This document shows positions 39,807 through 49,260 of a DNA stretch of 64,000 bases, one piece after another (position 1 is the stretch's first letter; each line of letters opens with the position of its first letter). The DNA comes from Chloroflexota bacterium (GTDB taxonomy: Bacteria > Chloroflexota > UBA11872 > VXOZ01): NCBI GenBank assembly GCA_964291655.2, contig OZ219801.1:192001-256000 (forward strand). The letters run 5' to 3'. Below the pieces are notes generated by a model. The model had not been told where the DNA came from, searched no databases, and saw only the letters and a program-made list of their open reading frames with translations. The translations under genes and the position numbers were made by a program.

Positions 39807-39989
39807 GGTCGTTTGCCTGCACAAGATGCACCGCGTAGAGCGCAGAATGCGCCGACGGCATTGATCGCGCTCGGCACAAGCGATTCAGAATTGCTATGAT
39901 GGCTGCGAGGCGTCGAGTGGTAATTCCGTAGAGAAGAGCCGCTGACAAGCCAAGTCTACAAAGACCAAGAAGTCTAAACTGGTGTTTAC

Positions 39990-40397
39990 ATGGGCTCTAC
40001 AGCAGCAGGACACGTGGGACAATCCGACCAAGAGCTAAAGCGCGCCAGCAAGGGTCGCATTGAATCCGTGCTCAGCCTGCTCGACACTGGCGAGCAGCAG
40101 CTCTACGTGCTGCACGTACGGCTGCTCCCTCAAGCCCGCACCTTGCGGCGGCGCTTCCGTGAAGTCGACGCCCTGCGCCTCATGGGGTTCACGCCGCGGC
40201 CGGAGTGTCCCTACTTCCCGTACCAGTGCTTCTACGCCGGCTGTTACTACCGCGAACTCGGCGAGGCGCCAGACGACGCCACGCGTAAGCGCTTTGAGGA
40301 AATCTTCGATAAGTCTTTGGACTCCCTTGCAGAAGCCATCGAGCACATCCTGGCCGGCGCATGGCTCGCTGAAGAGATCGGATTACCGCTAAAGTAG
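39990..40397 (+). CDS. Hypothetical protein
   Basis: 135-aa ORF filling an otherwise empty gap, with gene-like GC3 bias; no family recognised. Confidence 0.55.
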   Translation: MGSTAAGHVGQSDQELKRASKGRIESVLSLLDTGEQQLYVLHVRLLPQARTLRRRFREVDALRLMGFTPRPECPYFPYQCFYAGCYYRELGEAPDDATRKRFEEIFDKSLDSLAEAIEHILAGAWLAEEIGLPLK

Positions 40398-40462
40398 TCT
40401 GCTCAATTTGAGCGCAATCTCACTTCTTGCGAATTCGCCATTGGCGCGTTGCGCACGTGGTC

Positions 40463-41050
40463 CTAGTAGTCGAACTGGGGTTCCCATTCGCCAGGACCCT
40501 CTTGCAGGAGATCGAATAGGTGCCAGACCCCGCAATAGAAGTCTCCGGGGCCGAAGAAATCCCGAGCAACGCGCGTGATGGTTCCGCCGTCGCTTTTATG
40601 GAAGACGGAAACACCTGGCATGGCGTGCGATTCGAAGTGCTCCTCCTCCGATCCGTATCCCATGTCTTCAATGAACGTCGTGCCGCCGGCTGAATACATC
40701 CGAAACCGCCAGCCCCGGCGCGTGGCGAGACTCTGTTGGGTCTCAGGAGGATCGGGTGACACGACGACAAACGCCGCGCGGCTTTCCAGATGATGGAGCA
40801 CCCCGTTGAACTCATCGGCCCACATCGTGCAGTAGGGACACCCCGATCCCATATTGTGAATCAGGATTAGATCAGACTTGTCGCCAAACATGGCCGATAG
40901 CTGCACCCCACCGACCGGACCTGTGAGTTCGTAATCCTCAACGGGCTCCGTGGGCAATTGGCGACGAAGCTCGACGAGCTTCCGTTTGGCCCTCTCCAGC
41001 TCCTCGAACGCTGCGGCAAGCTGGGTCTCTATATTCGCTTGCTCTGTCAC
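40463..41050 (-). CDS. DUF899 family thioredoxin-like protein
   Basis: LRRQLP..PVEDY, L..MFGDKSDL, GCPYCTMWAD, PGVSVF; AGGAGG RBS before GTG 41050. Confidence 0.88.
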   Translation of the reverse strand: MTEQANIETQLAAAFEELERAKRKLVELRRQLPTEPVEDYELTGPVGGVQLSAMFGDKSDLILIHNMGSGCPYCTMWADEFNGVLHHLESRAAFVVVSPDPPETQQSLATRRGWRFRMYSAGGTTFIEDMGYGSEEEHFESHAMPGVSVFHKSDGGTITRVARDFFGPGDFYCGVWHLFDLLQEGPGEWEPQFDY

Positions 41051-41303
41051 AGGGCTCCTCCTTGCTAAGACGATACCGAGTGCTTGCTTCGGCACAGATT
41101 TCTGCCTCATCGGGAAGAGTGGGATACGACGTAGCTTCACCTGTGGCAGTCGGGCGCTGCGAGCGCGATGCCCTTCCGGCACTTGCAAGGTGCACGCACC
41201 AGCGGGTAGCCGGTCACTCACATATGCTCTCAGCTATTGAGTACAGCTTGTTCCGCGAATTGTCGTCAGGCATCATAAGCACTCACTAGATCGCGGAAAC
41301 TGC

Positions 41304-43085
41304 TCACTTCTTCGCTTTCGCGATCTGCACCGAGTAGAGTGCTGCAACCTCCTGCACTGATGTCGCGTCCTCCGGGCCACGGTCTTCGCGCACGAACCCC
41401 ACAACTCGTGGGAAACGCAGCGCATAGCCTAAGTCGTCGTCATTCTGCTTGCCGCACGTGTGGGTGGGGCTGCGCGTAATCTCATCAGCCTGAATCTCCA
41501 CCACATAACCGGGATTGCTCCAAACGTCAGGCTCAATCTCGGCTTCCACCCGTGCCGGCTTCTCTTCCGATGTCTCTTTGTCCAGCAGTTCGCGCATCTG
41601 CACCCATTCCTCCTCTGAGAAACCGGTGCCGAGACGTGAAATCGTCACAAACAGATCGCGATCCTTGTCGTACACACCCAGGAGCAAAGCCCCAATGCCG
41701 AGTTTCGAGCGCGCGCCTTTACCATACCAATAGCCTAGAACGACGCAGTCCACCGTATCGGATAACTCGCCTTGGTACGACCGTTTCATCTTGATCCAAT
41801 CAAAGCTGCGGCGGCCGGCCTGGTAGACTGAATCCAGCTTTTTGGCCATGACTCCCTCGAGGCCGTGTTCGACTTTATCGGCAAAGAACGCCTCGATTGC
41901 GGCGACGCTATCCGTTTCGATATTCTCTGTAACCTGCAAGACTTGACCTTCCTGCAGGAAGCCCAGCATCTTCTCACGCCGTTCGGTATACGGTTGTCGA
42001 GTCAAGTCGGCGCCGTCGAGGTAGAGAAGGTCGAAGAGCACAACACGAAGTGGGAGTTTTTCCGCCATCTCATCCACATTGTGTTTGCGCCGCCGTTGCG
42101 TTGTCATTTGGAAAGGAAGAAAGGCGCCGGTCTCCACGTCATACGCCAAGGCTTCAGAATCGGCAATGAATGTGTGGCCGGCTGCCTGCTCGCGCACGGC
42201 CGCAACCACATCCGGAAACATGCCGCTGAAGTTCTCCAAGTGGCGCGAGTACATGGTGACGTTTTCGCCGTCGAAGTGCACCTGACACCGAATGCCATCG
42301 AACTTGGGTTCCACAGCGCAACGGCCGAGGCGGACGACTAGGTCTTCCATAGACTTCACCCGTTCGGACGCCGCTGGAATAACGGGAGTGCCGACCACGA
42401 TGTTGATATCCTGCAGTCCGTCTACGCCGGCTCGCCAGTAGTCTTTGGCAACCGTAGCCAAGTCGGAGCAGATGCTATAGGCGCGCTCAATGGGCGCGCG
42501 ATGGTCCTTGGATCCTGTGCGGGCATACGAGAGGGCGTCCATGACCGTAGGATCACCGACACCCAGCCGCAGGCGTCCGAGAGGGATACGCAAGAGATAG
42601 CGCACCTCTTGTTTCCCCACCTGCCGCAACAAATCAGCCAGGAGCGACACTCTCTTTGCGACGGAACCTTCGCCTTCCGTCAGAGCAATGTCGGTCAGGC
42701 GTTCGAATACTTGCACAACGGTGAGCGTTCCCTGCTCCCGTTCGATCCGCTCTTCCGCCACCAAGCCATAGTCGCCAATCTCGCTGAACCGCTGATGTAC
42801 GTCTTCAAGGGTCGCTCCGGTACCTTCTGCCACAGCCTCGGCAGTTAGCTGCTCGCCTACGCCGAATTCGATGGGAGCATAGAGCGGCGCAACGCGTCCC
42901 TGCAGCAGATAGATCACCCTATCCATCTCGTCCGGGCGGGTTTTCGTAAAGAGGTCTGCCAGGAGTTCCATCATGCGGATGCGGCTGCGCGTCGCATCGA
43001 GTTCCGCAAAATACGCAGTCAACTGATGAAAGAAGAGGGCAGCCTTTTTTTCAACCGATTCGGTAACTTCTGCGGTCGAGGACAT
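41304..43085 (-). CDS. ATP-dependent DNA ligase (archaeal/eukaryotic architecture)
   Basis: N-terminal DNA-binding domain, EPKFDGIR, FDLLY, EGVMAK, WIKMK, ALRFPR. Confidence 0.95.
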   Translation of the reverse strand: MSSTAEVTESVEKKAALFFHQLTAYFAELDATRSRIRMMELLADLFTKTRPDEMDRVIYLLQGRVAPLYAPIEFGVGEQLTAEAVAEGTGATLEDVHQRFSEIGDYGLVAEERIEREQGTLTVVQVFERLTDIALTEGEGSVAKRVSLLADLLRQVGKQEVRYLLRIPLGRLRLGVGDPTVMDALSYARTGSKDHRAPIERAYSICSDLATVAKDYWRAGVDGLQDINIVVGTPVIPAASERVKSMEDLVVRLGRCAVEPKFDGIRCQVHFDGENVTMYSRHLENFSGMFPDVVAAVREQAAGHTFIADSEALAYDVETGAFLPFQMTTQRRRKHNVDEMAEKLPLRVVLFDLLYLDGADLTRQPYTERREKMLGFLQEGQVLQVTENIETDSVAAIEAFFADKVEHGLEGVMAKKLDSVYQAGRRSFDWIKMKRSYQGELSDTVDCVVLGYWYGKGARSKLGIGALLLGVYDKDRDLFVTISRLGTGFSEEEWVQMRELLDKETSEEKPARVEAEIEPDVWSNPGYVVEIQADEITRSPTHTCGKQNDDDLGYALRFPRVVGFVREDRGPEDATSVQEVAALYSVQIAKAKK

Positions 43086-43606
43086 AAGTGTTCGTCTCCC
43101 TGACGAGGGCTCTTTGGCGGCGAAATGACGAGAACGGTGGTAAATTGTACTCGGGAACTGTCATGCTGCGGGCACACTAGAGGCGTTGCAGTGCCGAGAC
43201 TTCATGGCACACGCTGCCGTGACTAGCTGCATTTCACGTGAGTTCTCACCGCCTCACTCACGCATGCTTGGCAACTGCGTGGGTGCAGGCCGACTACTGA
43301 GACGCCCACAACAATCTGTTCAATTCCCGCAAGAGACACTCTGGAACATTGGCAATGAGCGGCGCACCCTGGGTGCAAGAAACCCGCGAAGCGAGATGCT
43401 CTGCGGTTTCACGCATTGTACCACAGACCATTCACTTGCCAGCCGCGATACCGCTTTGCGGATTGGCCTGTAGGCGTTGTGCGCTCGAATTGCCGCATTT
43501 CCCTCCAACGTTGTAGCGTCGGGCTGGGTTGTATTCTTGGCGGAGCAAGCGAACTGCGGTACTGTAAGAGACACAGCAATAGGCAAGGTATCGCATAGGA
43601 CGAAGT

Positions 43607-44761
43607 ATGGCCGGATCTGTGCGGCTGGGGCATCTCTTCGGAATACCCGTGGCAATCCACTTTACCTGGCTGATTGCGGCCGGTCTGGTAACGGCAACCC
43701 TTTCTCTCGCTATATTCCCATTCGATCGTCCGGGAATGTCAGCGCCCGTCTATTGGCTCATAGGATCCACTGCCAGCGCCCTGTTCTTTAGTTCGGTCGT
43801 AGCCCACGAGCTATGCCATGCGCTGGTGGCGCGGCATTTTGGCATTCCGGTGCGAGGCATTACGCTCTTTGTCTTCGGCGGCGTCTCCACAATTGCGCGC
43901 GAAGCGCGGAAGCCCATGCACGAATTGCTTATAGCCAGCGCCGGTCCCGCTTGCAGCCTCGCGCTATTTGTCACACTCTTTGTCTTGCAGCGTCTTATGC
44001 AGCCCCACTGGGCACTCGGCAGCAGGGTGGTCTTCTACCTGAGCCTGGCGAATCTCTTCTTCACCCTTTTCAATCTTATACCCGCATTGCCGCTGGATGG
44101 CGGGAGAGCCTTGCGCGCCGCCATCTGGTACGTTACCGGGAGTTTCAAGCTTGCCACGAAGATCGCGGCACTCATGGGGCACTTGCTTGGCTTCGCCCTC
44201 ATTGGGTTCGCTCTGTATACCGTCGCGGTTCACGCCGAATGGGTGCAAGGCGGACTGCTCATCCTGCTTGGCTGGTTCGTACACAGTGCGGCGGAAATGG
44301 CCCAGCAGAACGCTCTCGATCGAGACCTGACTGCCGGAGTGACCTTGGCTGACGTGCCCAAAAGCAAGGTTGCCTTTGTCGCACCCGAAACGCCGCTGCA
44401 GAATTTGATTTACAACCATCTTCTCGCCGAGGAATCTGCACCGAGCGTCCTCGCCGTCATGCGCCGGCAATCGCTCCTCGGCATAATCACGGCGAAAGAG
44501 ATTCGGCGGGTACCAAGCATTCATTGGTCCCACACGCAAGCACAAGACGTATTGGTTGAAAGTTCGCCGCAGGCATTCTTGGCCCCGGCAACACCGCTCG
44601 AAGAGGCCCTGGAGTATATGGAGGTAGAGCGATTAGGCTACGTGGTTGTGGCGAACGGTGAAGAGGAGCACCTAGAAGCCGTCAGCTACAATGACATGGT
44701 CCAATTCTTACACCGCAAGCGGGAAGAACTCCGTAAGGGTATGGCGGTTGAGCATCCGTGA
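43607..44761 (+). CDS. Site-2 protease (M50) with C-terminal CBS pair
   Basis: AHELCH, AGP, NLIPALPLDGGR; degenerate CBS domains. Confidence 0.92.
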   Translation: MAGSVRLGHLFGIPVAIHFTWLIAAGLVTATLSLAIFPFDRPGMSAPVYWLIGSTASALFFSSVVAHELCHALVARHFGIPVRGITLFVFGGVSTIAREARKPMHELLIASAGPACSLALFVTLFVLQRLMQPHWALGSRVVFYLSLANLFFTLFNLIPALPLDGGRALRAAIWYVTGSFKLATKIAALMGHLLGFALIGFALYTVAVHAEWVQGGLLILLGWFVHSAAEMAQQNALDRDLTAGVTLADVPKSKVAFVAPETPLQNLIYNHLLAEESAPSVLAVMRRQSLLGIITAKEIRRVPSIHWSHTQAQDVLVESSPQAFLAPATPLEEALEYMEVERLGYVVVANGEEEHLEAVSYNDMVQFLHRKREELRKGMAVEHP

Positions 44762-44892
44762 CACCTGCACCAATAGCCGCGTCGCGCTCCCTGGCTGTCC
44801 GCATGAAAGTGGGTGGTGTGCGCTCGCGCAGCTATCCCCGGTAGCTCAAGCCCTTAGACTGTTCAGGACACGGTTGCACCCCGCGACCTGAT

Positions 44893-44949
44893 GGGTAGCG
44901 TAGGTTTGCAGCCTGCGTCCTCACGGGTAGCGTAGGTTTGCAACCTGCG
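44893..44949 (+). repeat. Two tandem GTAG-type REP-like palindromes
   Basis: GGGTAGCGTAGGTTTGCA(G/A)CCTGCG at 44893 and 44925 (period 32), between convergent genes. Confidence 0.8.
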
Positions 44950-45005
44950 CCGCGGGAATCATGGAAGCCGGGGATGGGGGAACACTTCGTGTTTGACGCG
45001 CGAAT

Positions 45006-46391
45006 TCACTCCCGCGGCTGTGCGAGCTCCGCGCGCAGCCGTTCTCGCTCGGCCGCCAGCGCCGCACTCACCTCGACCGGATACGGCGGGTCTTTTTTCT
45101 CAAGAGCGTGCAATCGCGGCGGCAGCGCTTGCCGTTGCTGCTCCGCTCTCTTCCGCGCCGCAGCCAGGTCGCTACAGCCGGCTCGCAGGCGTTTCCCCCC
45201 TCGCATAACGGGAACGAGCAGCGGCGTGCCTTCCCTCACATTCTCGTCAGCCAATGCAATGAAGTCTCGCACCATCGTACCGCCCTCTTGGAAGCGATAG
45301 ACCTGCTTTCGGCCGGGGAGCGAAGGCTTGCCGGCGGAGAGCTTCATGCGGCCGCGGCCTCCGTACGAAACCAGCTTATAGGCACAGTCTATCGTTGGAG
45401 CATCGCTGGAGACGCTCATGCGGGTGCCCACGCCAAAGCCGTCGATCGGGGCATCCTGGCTAACAAGGCCCGAAATCGCATACTCATCGAGGTTGTTGCT
45501 GGAAAAAATCTCCACGCGGTGAAGACCCGCTTCATCCAGGATTCGGCGGGCGGCATGCGCCAACGTGGCCAGATCGCCGGAATCCAGGCGGATCGCGCGC
45601 ACCTTAAACGCACTTCCCAATTCATGAGCAAGTCTGACGACATTCCTCACACCCGCCAACGTGTCGTAGGTGTCTATCAGCAGAACCGTATCCGGGTAAA
45701 GGGACACAAACTGCCTGAAGGCTTCAAGCTCGTCATCGTGCGCTTGAATGTAACTGTGCGCCATGGTGCCTCTGACCGGCATGCCATAAATCTTGCCGGC
45801 AAGCACGTTGGAAGTTGCCGCCACACCCGCCACGTGGAAGGCGCGCGCGCCTTTAATTGCCGAGTCCATGCCGTGAGCCCGGCGCGTCCCAAAGTCTACG
45901 ATAGTAGCTCCTCGCGCCGCTTGCACGACGCGCGCCGCTTTCGATGCCATAAGCGTCTGGAAATGAACCTGATTGATGAGAAGCGTCTCCACAAGCTGCG
46001 CCTCTGGGAGCGGCGCTACAACCTCCACGAGCGGCGCCAGAGGAAAGGCCACAGTCCCTTCGGGCAAGGCGTACACGTCACCGGTGAATTGAAAGTCTGC
46101 CAGGTACTCGAGAAACTCTGGAGAGAATTCTCCCAAGTCTCTTAGGTAGTCAAGCTCCTCAGCAGAAAAGGAAAGATCTTCTAGCATCTGGAGAACATCG
46201 GCGACGCCGCAGGCGATGACGTAGTTCCACCGGTCAGGCAGACGACGTATGAAGAAATCAAAAACCGCCGTCTGTTTCATGTCCTCGTTGAAGTACGCCT
46301 GAACCATGGTGAGGGCATAGAGGTCGGTGAACAAGGCAGCGGCGGCGCATTCATCCCAGTGGCACAGCCGACTTCGTCGCTGGCGCGGCAT
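45006..46391 (-). CDS. pncB: Nicotinate phosphoribosyltransferase
   Basis: TDLYALTM, DFGTRRAHG, TSNV, GTMAHS, LIDTYD, RLDSGDL, GVGT, YKL. Confidence 0.95.
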   Translation of the reverse strand: MPRQRRSRLCHWDECAAAALFTDLYALTMVQAYFNEDMKQTAVFDFFIRRLPDRWNYVIACGVADVLQMLEDLSFSAEELDYLRDLGEFSPEFLEYLADFQFTGDVYALPEGTVAFPLAPLVEVVAPLPEAQLVETLLINQVHFQTLMASKAARVVQAARGATIVDFGTRRAHGMDSAIKGARAFHVAGVAATSNVLAGKIYGMPVRGTMAHSYIQAHDDELEAFRQFVSLYPDTVLLIDTYDTLAGVRNVVRLAHELGSAFKVRAIRLDSGDLATLAHAARRILDEAGLHRVEIFSSNNLDEYAISGLVSQDAPIDGFGVGTRMSVSSDAPTIDCAYKLVSYGGRGRMKLSAGKPSLPGRKQVYRFQEGGTMVRDFIALADENVREGTPLLVPVMRGGKRLRAGCSDLAAARKRAEQQRQALPPRLHALEKKDPPYPVEVSAALAAERERLRAELAQPRE

Positions 46392-46402
46392 TGCAGCACT
46401 CC

Positions 46403-47029
46403 CTAGTAAATGGTGCTTGCGGCTGGGATTCTGGTGACGTGATGGGAGTCATTCCACAGGATCAAGGTAGGCAATGTCTCTTGCCAGTCAACTATCGAAA
46501 GGCTGGCATGCGCGACGGAGACTTGCCAGTAGTGGTCGAGCGAGAGGCCGAAGAGATGGCAGAAATACATCCTTAGACCGCCTCCGTGCATCACGACCAC
46601 GACCGTCTGTCCTTCATGCCGATGGACAATGCGGCGTAGAGCCGCTTGGGTCCGCTGGTAGAGAGCGGGTCCATTCTCGGCCCCATCCGGAGCCCAGTCC
46701 GGATCGTGCTGATGTTGCTGCCAGTCTGCCGTATTCGCCATGAGATCGGCCAGTGGTTGGCCTTCCCAGACCCCATAGCCACGCTCGCGCAGATCGCAAT
46801 CTCTCACGCACGTGAGGTCGTGTGGGGAAGCGATCGCCTGCGCAGTCTCATAGCCGCGCGCAAGATCGCTGCAATAAATGCCGTCCAGAGTCTCATTCCG
46901 CAGACGTTCTCCCAGTGCTTTCGCCTGGATTGCGCCCTCCGCCGAAAGTGGGGGGTCTTGTTGGCCTTGGATGCGTCCCTGGCTATTCCACGTCGACTGA
47001 CAATGGCGGACGAGGAGGAGTCTTACCAT
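46403..47029 (-). CDS. Histidine phosphatase family protein (phosphoglycerate mutase/CobC-like)
   Basis: LVRHCQSTWN...QGQQD.PLS, SDLARG, LRE..YG.WEG, VMHGG. Confidence 0.9.
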   Translation of the reverse strand: MVRLLLVRHCQSTWNSQGRIQGQQDPPLSAEGAIQAKALGERLRNETLDGIYCSDLARGYETAQAIASPHDLTCVRDCDLRERGYGVWEGQPLADLMANTADWQQHQHDPDWAPDGAENGPALYQRTQAALRRIVHRHEGQTVVVVMHGGGLRMYFCHLFGLSLDHYWQVSVAHASLSIVDWQETLPTLILWNDSHHVTRIPAASTIY

Positions 47030-47058
47030 CGCAAATGCAGACCAAACTTTCTATCAAT

Positions 47059-48603
47059 TCACGGTTTTCGATGTAGATCGAGCGGCGGGTCGACGAACTC
47101 GGCAAGGCCAAAAGCTTCTCGCGCCTCCGCGGCCACAAACAACGAACCCGTCGCACAGAGGACATCTTCGGAGCACATGCTATCCAGCCCCATCGAGATA
47201 GCCTGTTCTACGCTTTCCGCCTGCGTAATCGGTACCTTGCCTGCGGCTGCTGCCGCGATAGCACGAGGCTCCTGGGCGCGGGGATGCCGCGATCGGCACA
47301 CGATGAGCCTCTCAATTGCCGGCACTAGGACGTCCAGCAGTTGCTTGACACTCTTGTCTTGGGTCGTCCCTAAGACACAGTGAATCCTACGCCCAGGATA
47401 GTGCTCCGCCAGGGTCTGGCGCAAATACATCATGGCATCGGGAGTGTGCGCGCCATCGGCAATGACAAGCGGCCTAGCGGACAAGTGTTCAAATCGTCCC
47501 GGCCATTGCACGCTCTCAATTCCCGCGCGCACCGACGCGGACGAAAGTGGCAGTCCCTGGGCTGCAAGCTCATCTACTACGGCAAGAGCAACACTGAGAT
47601 TGGTCCGCTGGTGTTGACCGCGCAGCGGAAAGCGCACTACACACTCCTCTTCCAGCACCCTAATCTTGCACGTCTGTACAGGAATTTCCCAACCGGGTAG
47701 CGCTTCGTTGGCAGTGGGGAAGGCAGCCTCACCGGAATCTTCCCAATAGTCCGTTCGTGGTGAGCCTGTCGAACCATGAACGGACGGCCCTGCGACAGGC
47801 TCAGAGCCTGCTCCGTACTCGTTATGGGGGCGAACGTTGGAACAAGCACGAGCCGAATAGTCAGGAGTACCTCGAGGGGTGAAGGGCTCACATCGGCTCT
47901 CTTCTGCCGCTATGATCCTGGCACGCCGCTCGAGGCAGGTTTGCCGGAACACCTCTGTCACATTGGCTGGATTCGGCGCGTGCACCAGCACACCGTTGTC
48001 CTTAACAATTCCCGCTTTCTCGCGGGCAATGGCATCAAGCGTGTCACCAAGAATTGCCGTGTGTTCCAAGCTGATCGACGTGATCACGGAGACATGCGGC
48101 GTAATGACATTGGTTGCGTCTAGTCTCCCGCCCAGGCCTACTTCGACCACGGCCATGTCTACCGCCGCTTCGGCAAAGCAAAGGAATCCCAGGGCGGTTG
48201 CCAATTCGTACGTCGTTGGATCGCCAAGATCGGGCCGGTCAGACTTTAGCGCATCCACCGCAGCTACGATGCGTTCAACCAGCCGGGTGAACTCCTGGGA
48301 AGATACGGGCTTGTTGTTGATGCGCACACGCTCGCGAAACGTGTGCAAATGCGGCTGCGTATAGAGGCCTGTGCGAAGGCCGGCAGCGCGCAACACGGAC
48401 TCAATGATCGCTGCCGTAGACCCTTTCCCCTTGCTGCCGGCGATGTGAATGCTGGGAAAGCGTTCCTGCGGATTGTTCAGGAGGCGCAGCAACGCGCCGA
48501 TGCGGTCGAGGGTAAAGCGAGGTGGAGCATTAACGCCATACCCAATGCCGCGCTCCCAATCGACAAAGGAGTAGAGGTACTGGAGCGACTCCCCGTAATC
48601 CAT
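47059..48603 (-). CDS. folC: Folylpolyglutamate synthase/dihydrofolate synthase with internal insertion
   Basis: HIAGSKGKGS, PHL..FRER, EVGLGGRLDATN, EH..ILG, IAREKAGI, WPGRFE, DGAH, TGSL. Confidence 0.94.
   Translation of the reverse strand: MDYGESLQYLYSFVDWERGIGYGVNAPPRFTLDRIGALLRLLNNPQERFPSIHIAGSKGKGSTAAIIESVLRAAGLRTGLYTQPHLHTFRERVRINNKPVSSQEFTRLVERIVAAVDALKSDRPDLGDPTTYELATALGFLCFAEAAVDMAVVEVGLGGRLDATNVITPHVSVITSISLEHTAILGDTLDAIAREKAGIVKDNGVLVHAPNPANVTEVFRQTCLERRARIIAAEESRCEPFTPRGTPDYSARACSNVRPHNEYGAGSEPVAGPSVHGSTGSPRTDYWEDSGEAAFPTANEALPGWEIPVQTCKIRVLEEECVVRFPLRGQHQRTNLSVALAVVDELAAQGLPLSSASVRAGIESVQWPGRFEHLSARPLVIADGAHTPDAMMYLRQTLAEHYPGRRIHCVLGTTQDKSVKQLLDVLVPAIERLIVCRSRHPRAQEPRAIAAAAAGKVPITQAESVEQAISMGLDSMCSEDVLCATGSLFVAAEAREAFGLAEFVDPPLDLHRKP
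47749..47836. repeat. Palindromic repeat element embedded in folC
   Basis: GTCCGTTCGTGGT...ACCATGAACGGAC hairpin, plus an 11-bp inverted repeat TGAGCCTGTCG (47761) / CGACAGGCTCA (47793). Confidence 0.75.
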
Positions 48604-48609
48604 TGGACC

Positions 48610-49230
48610 CTAGCGCTGACCCGTCGCAATGGCCATAAACTCGTTGCGTGTGCGCGGGTCCGAAAGAAAGAGTCCGCGCATGGCACTGGTAATCATGCGC
48701 GATCCAGGCTTCTGGATGCCACGCATCGCAATGCACATGTGTTCTGCCTCGACGACGACTGCCACACCCCGGGGCTTGATCACCTTGGCAATCGTCGCCG
48801 CGGCGTCATCGGTGAGTCGTTCCTGGAGTTGCGGCCGCTTTGCCAGCGCTTCAATTACGCGCGCGAGCTTGCTCGCTCCCACGATTTGGCCGCTGGGTAG
48901 ATACCCCACGTGGGCCATACCCCAAAAGGGAAGCAGGTGGTGCTCGCACATTGAGAAGAATTGAATGTCCTTCAGCACCACCATCCCGTCGTAGTCTTCG
49001 TGGAAACTCGCATCTATGGCGGCAGCCGGGTCTCGAGAGAGTCCCGAGAACAAGAAGGCGTAGGCCTGTGCTATACGTCGGGGGGTCTCACGTAGTCCCT
49101 CACGTTCCGGATCCTCACCTATTGCCAGCAAGATTTCCTGTACGGCGCGCTCAATGCGGCGAGAATCGACTGACGTCTCCCCACTGTTTTCATCCGCCTT
49201 ATGCTGGGCCGGTGTAAATTCTTGGCGCAT
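48610..49230 (-). CDS. folE: GTP cyclohydrolase I
   Basis: GEDPEREGLRETP, SMCEHHLLPF, RPQLQERLT, EAEHMCIAMRG. Confidence 0.97.
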   Translation of the reverse strand: MRQEFTPAQHKADENSGETSVDSRRIERAVQEILLAIGEDPEREGLRETPRRIAQAYAFLFSGLSRDPAAAIDASFHEDYDGMVVLKDIQFFSMCEHHLLPFWGMAHVGYLPSGQIVGASKLARVIEALAKRPQLQERLTDDAAATIAKVIKPRGVAVVVEAEHMCIAMRGIQKPGSRMITSAMRGLFLSDPRTRNEFMAIATGQR

Positions 49231-49260
49231 GCGTTTCCAATCTATCGCTTAACCAAAAGC

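Noticed and set aside
44893-44949. CRISPR array
   Set aside because: Only two units with a 7-bp spacer and no cas genes; fits a REP doublet
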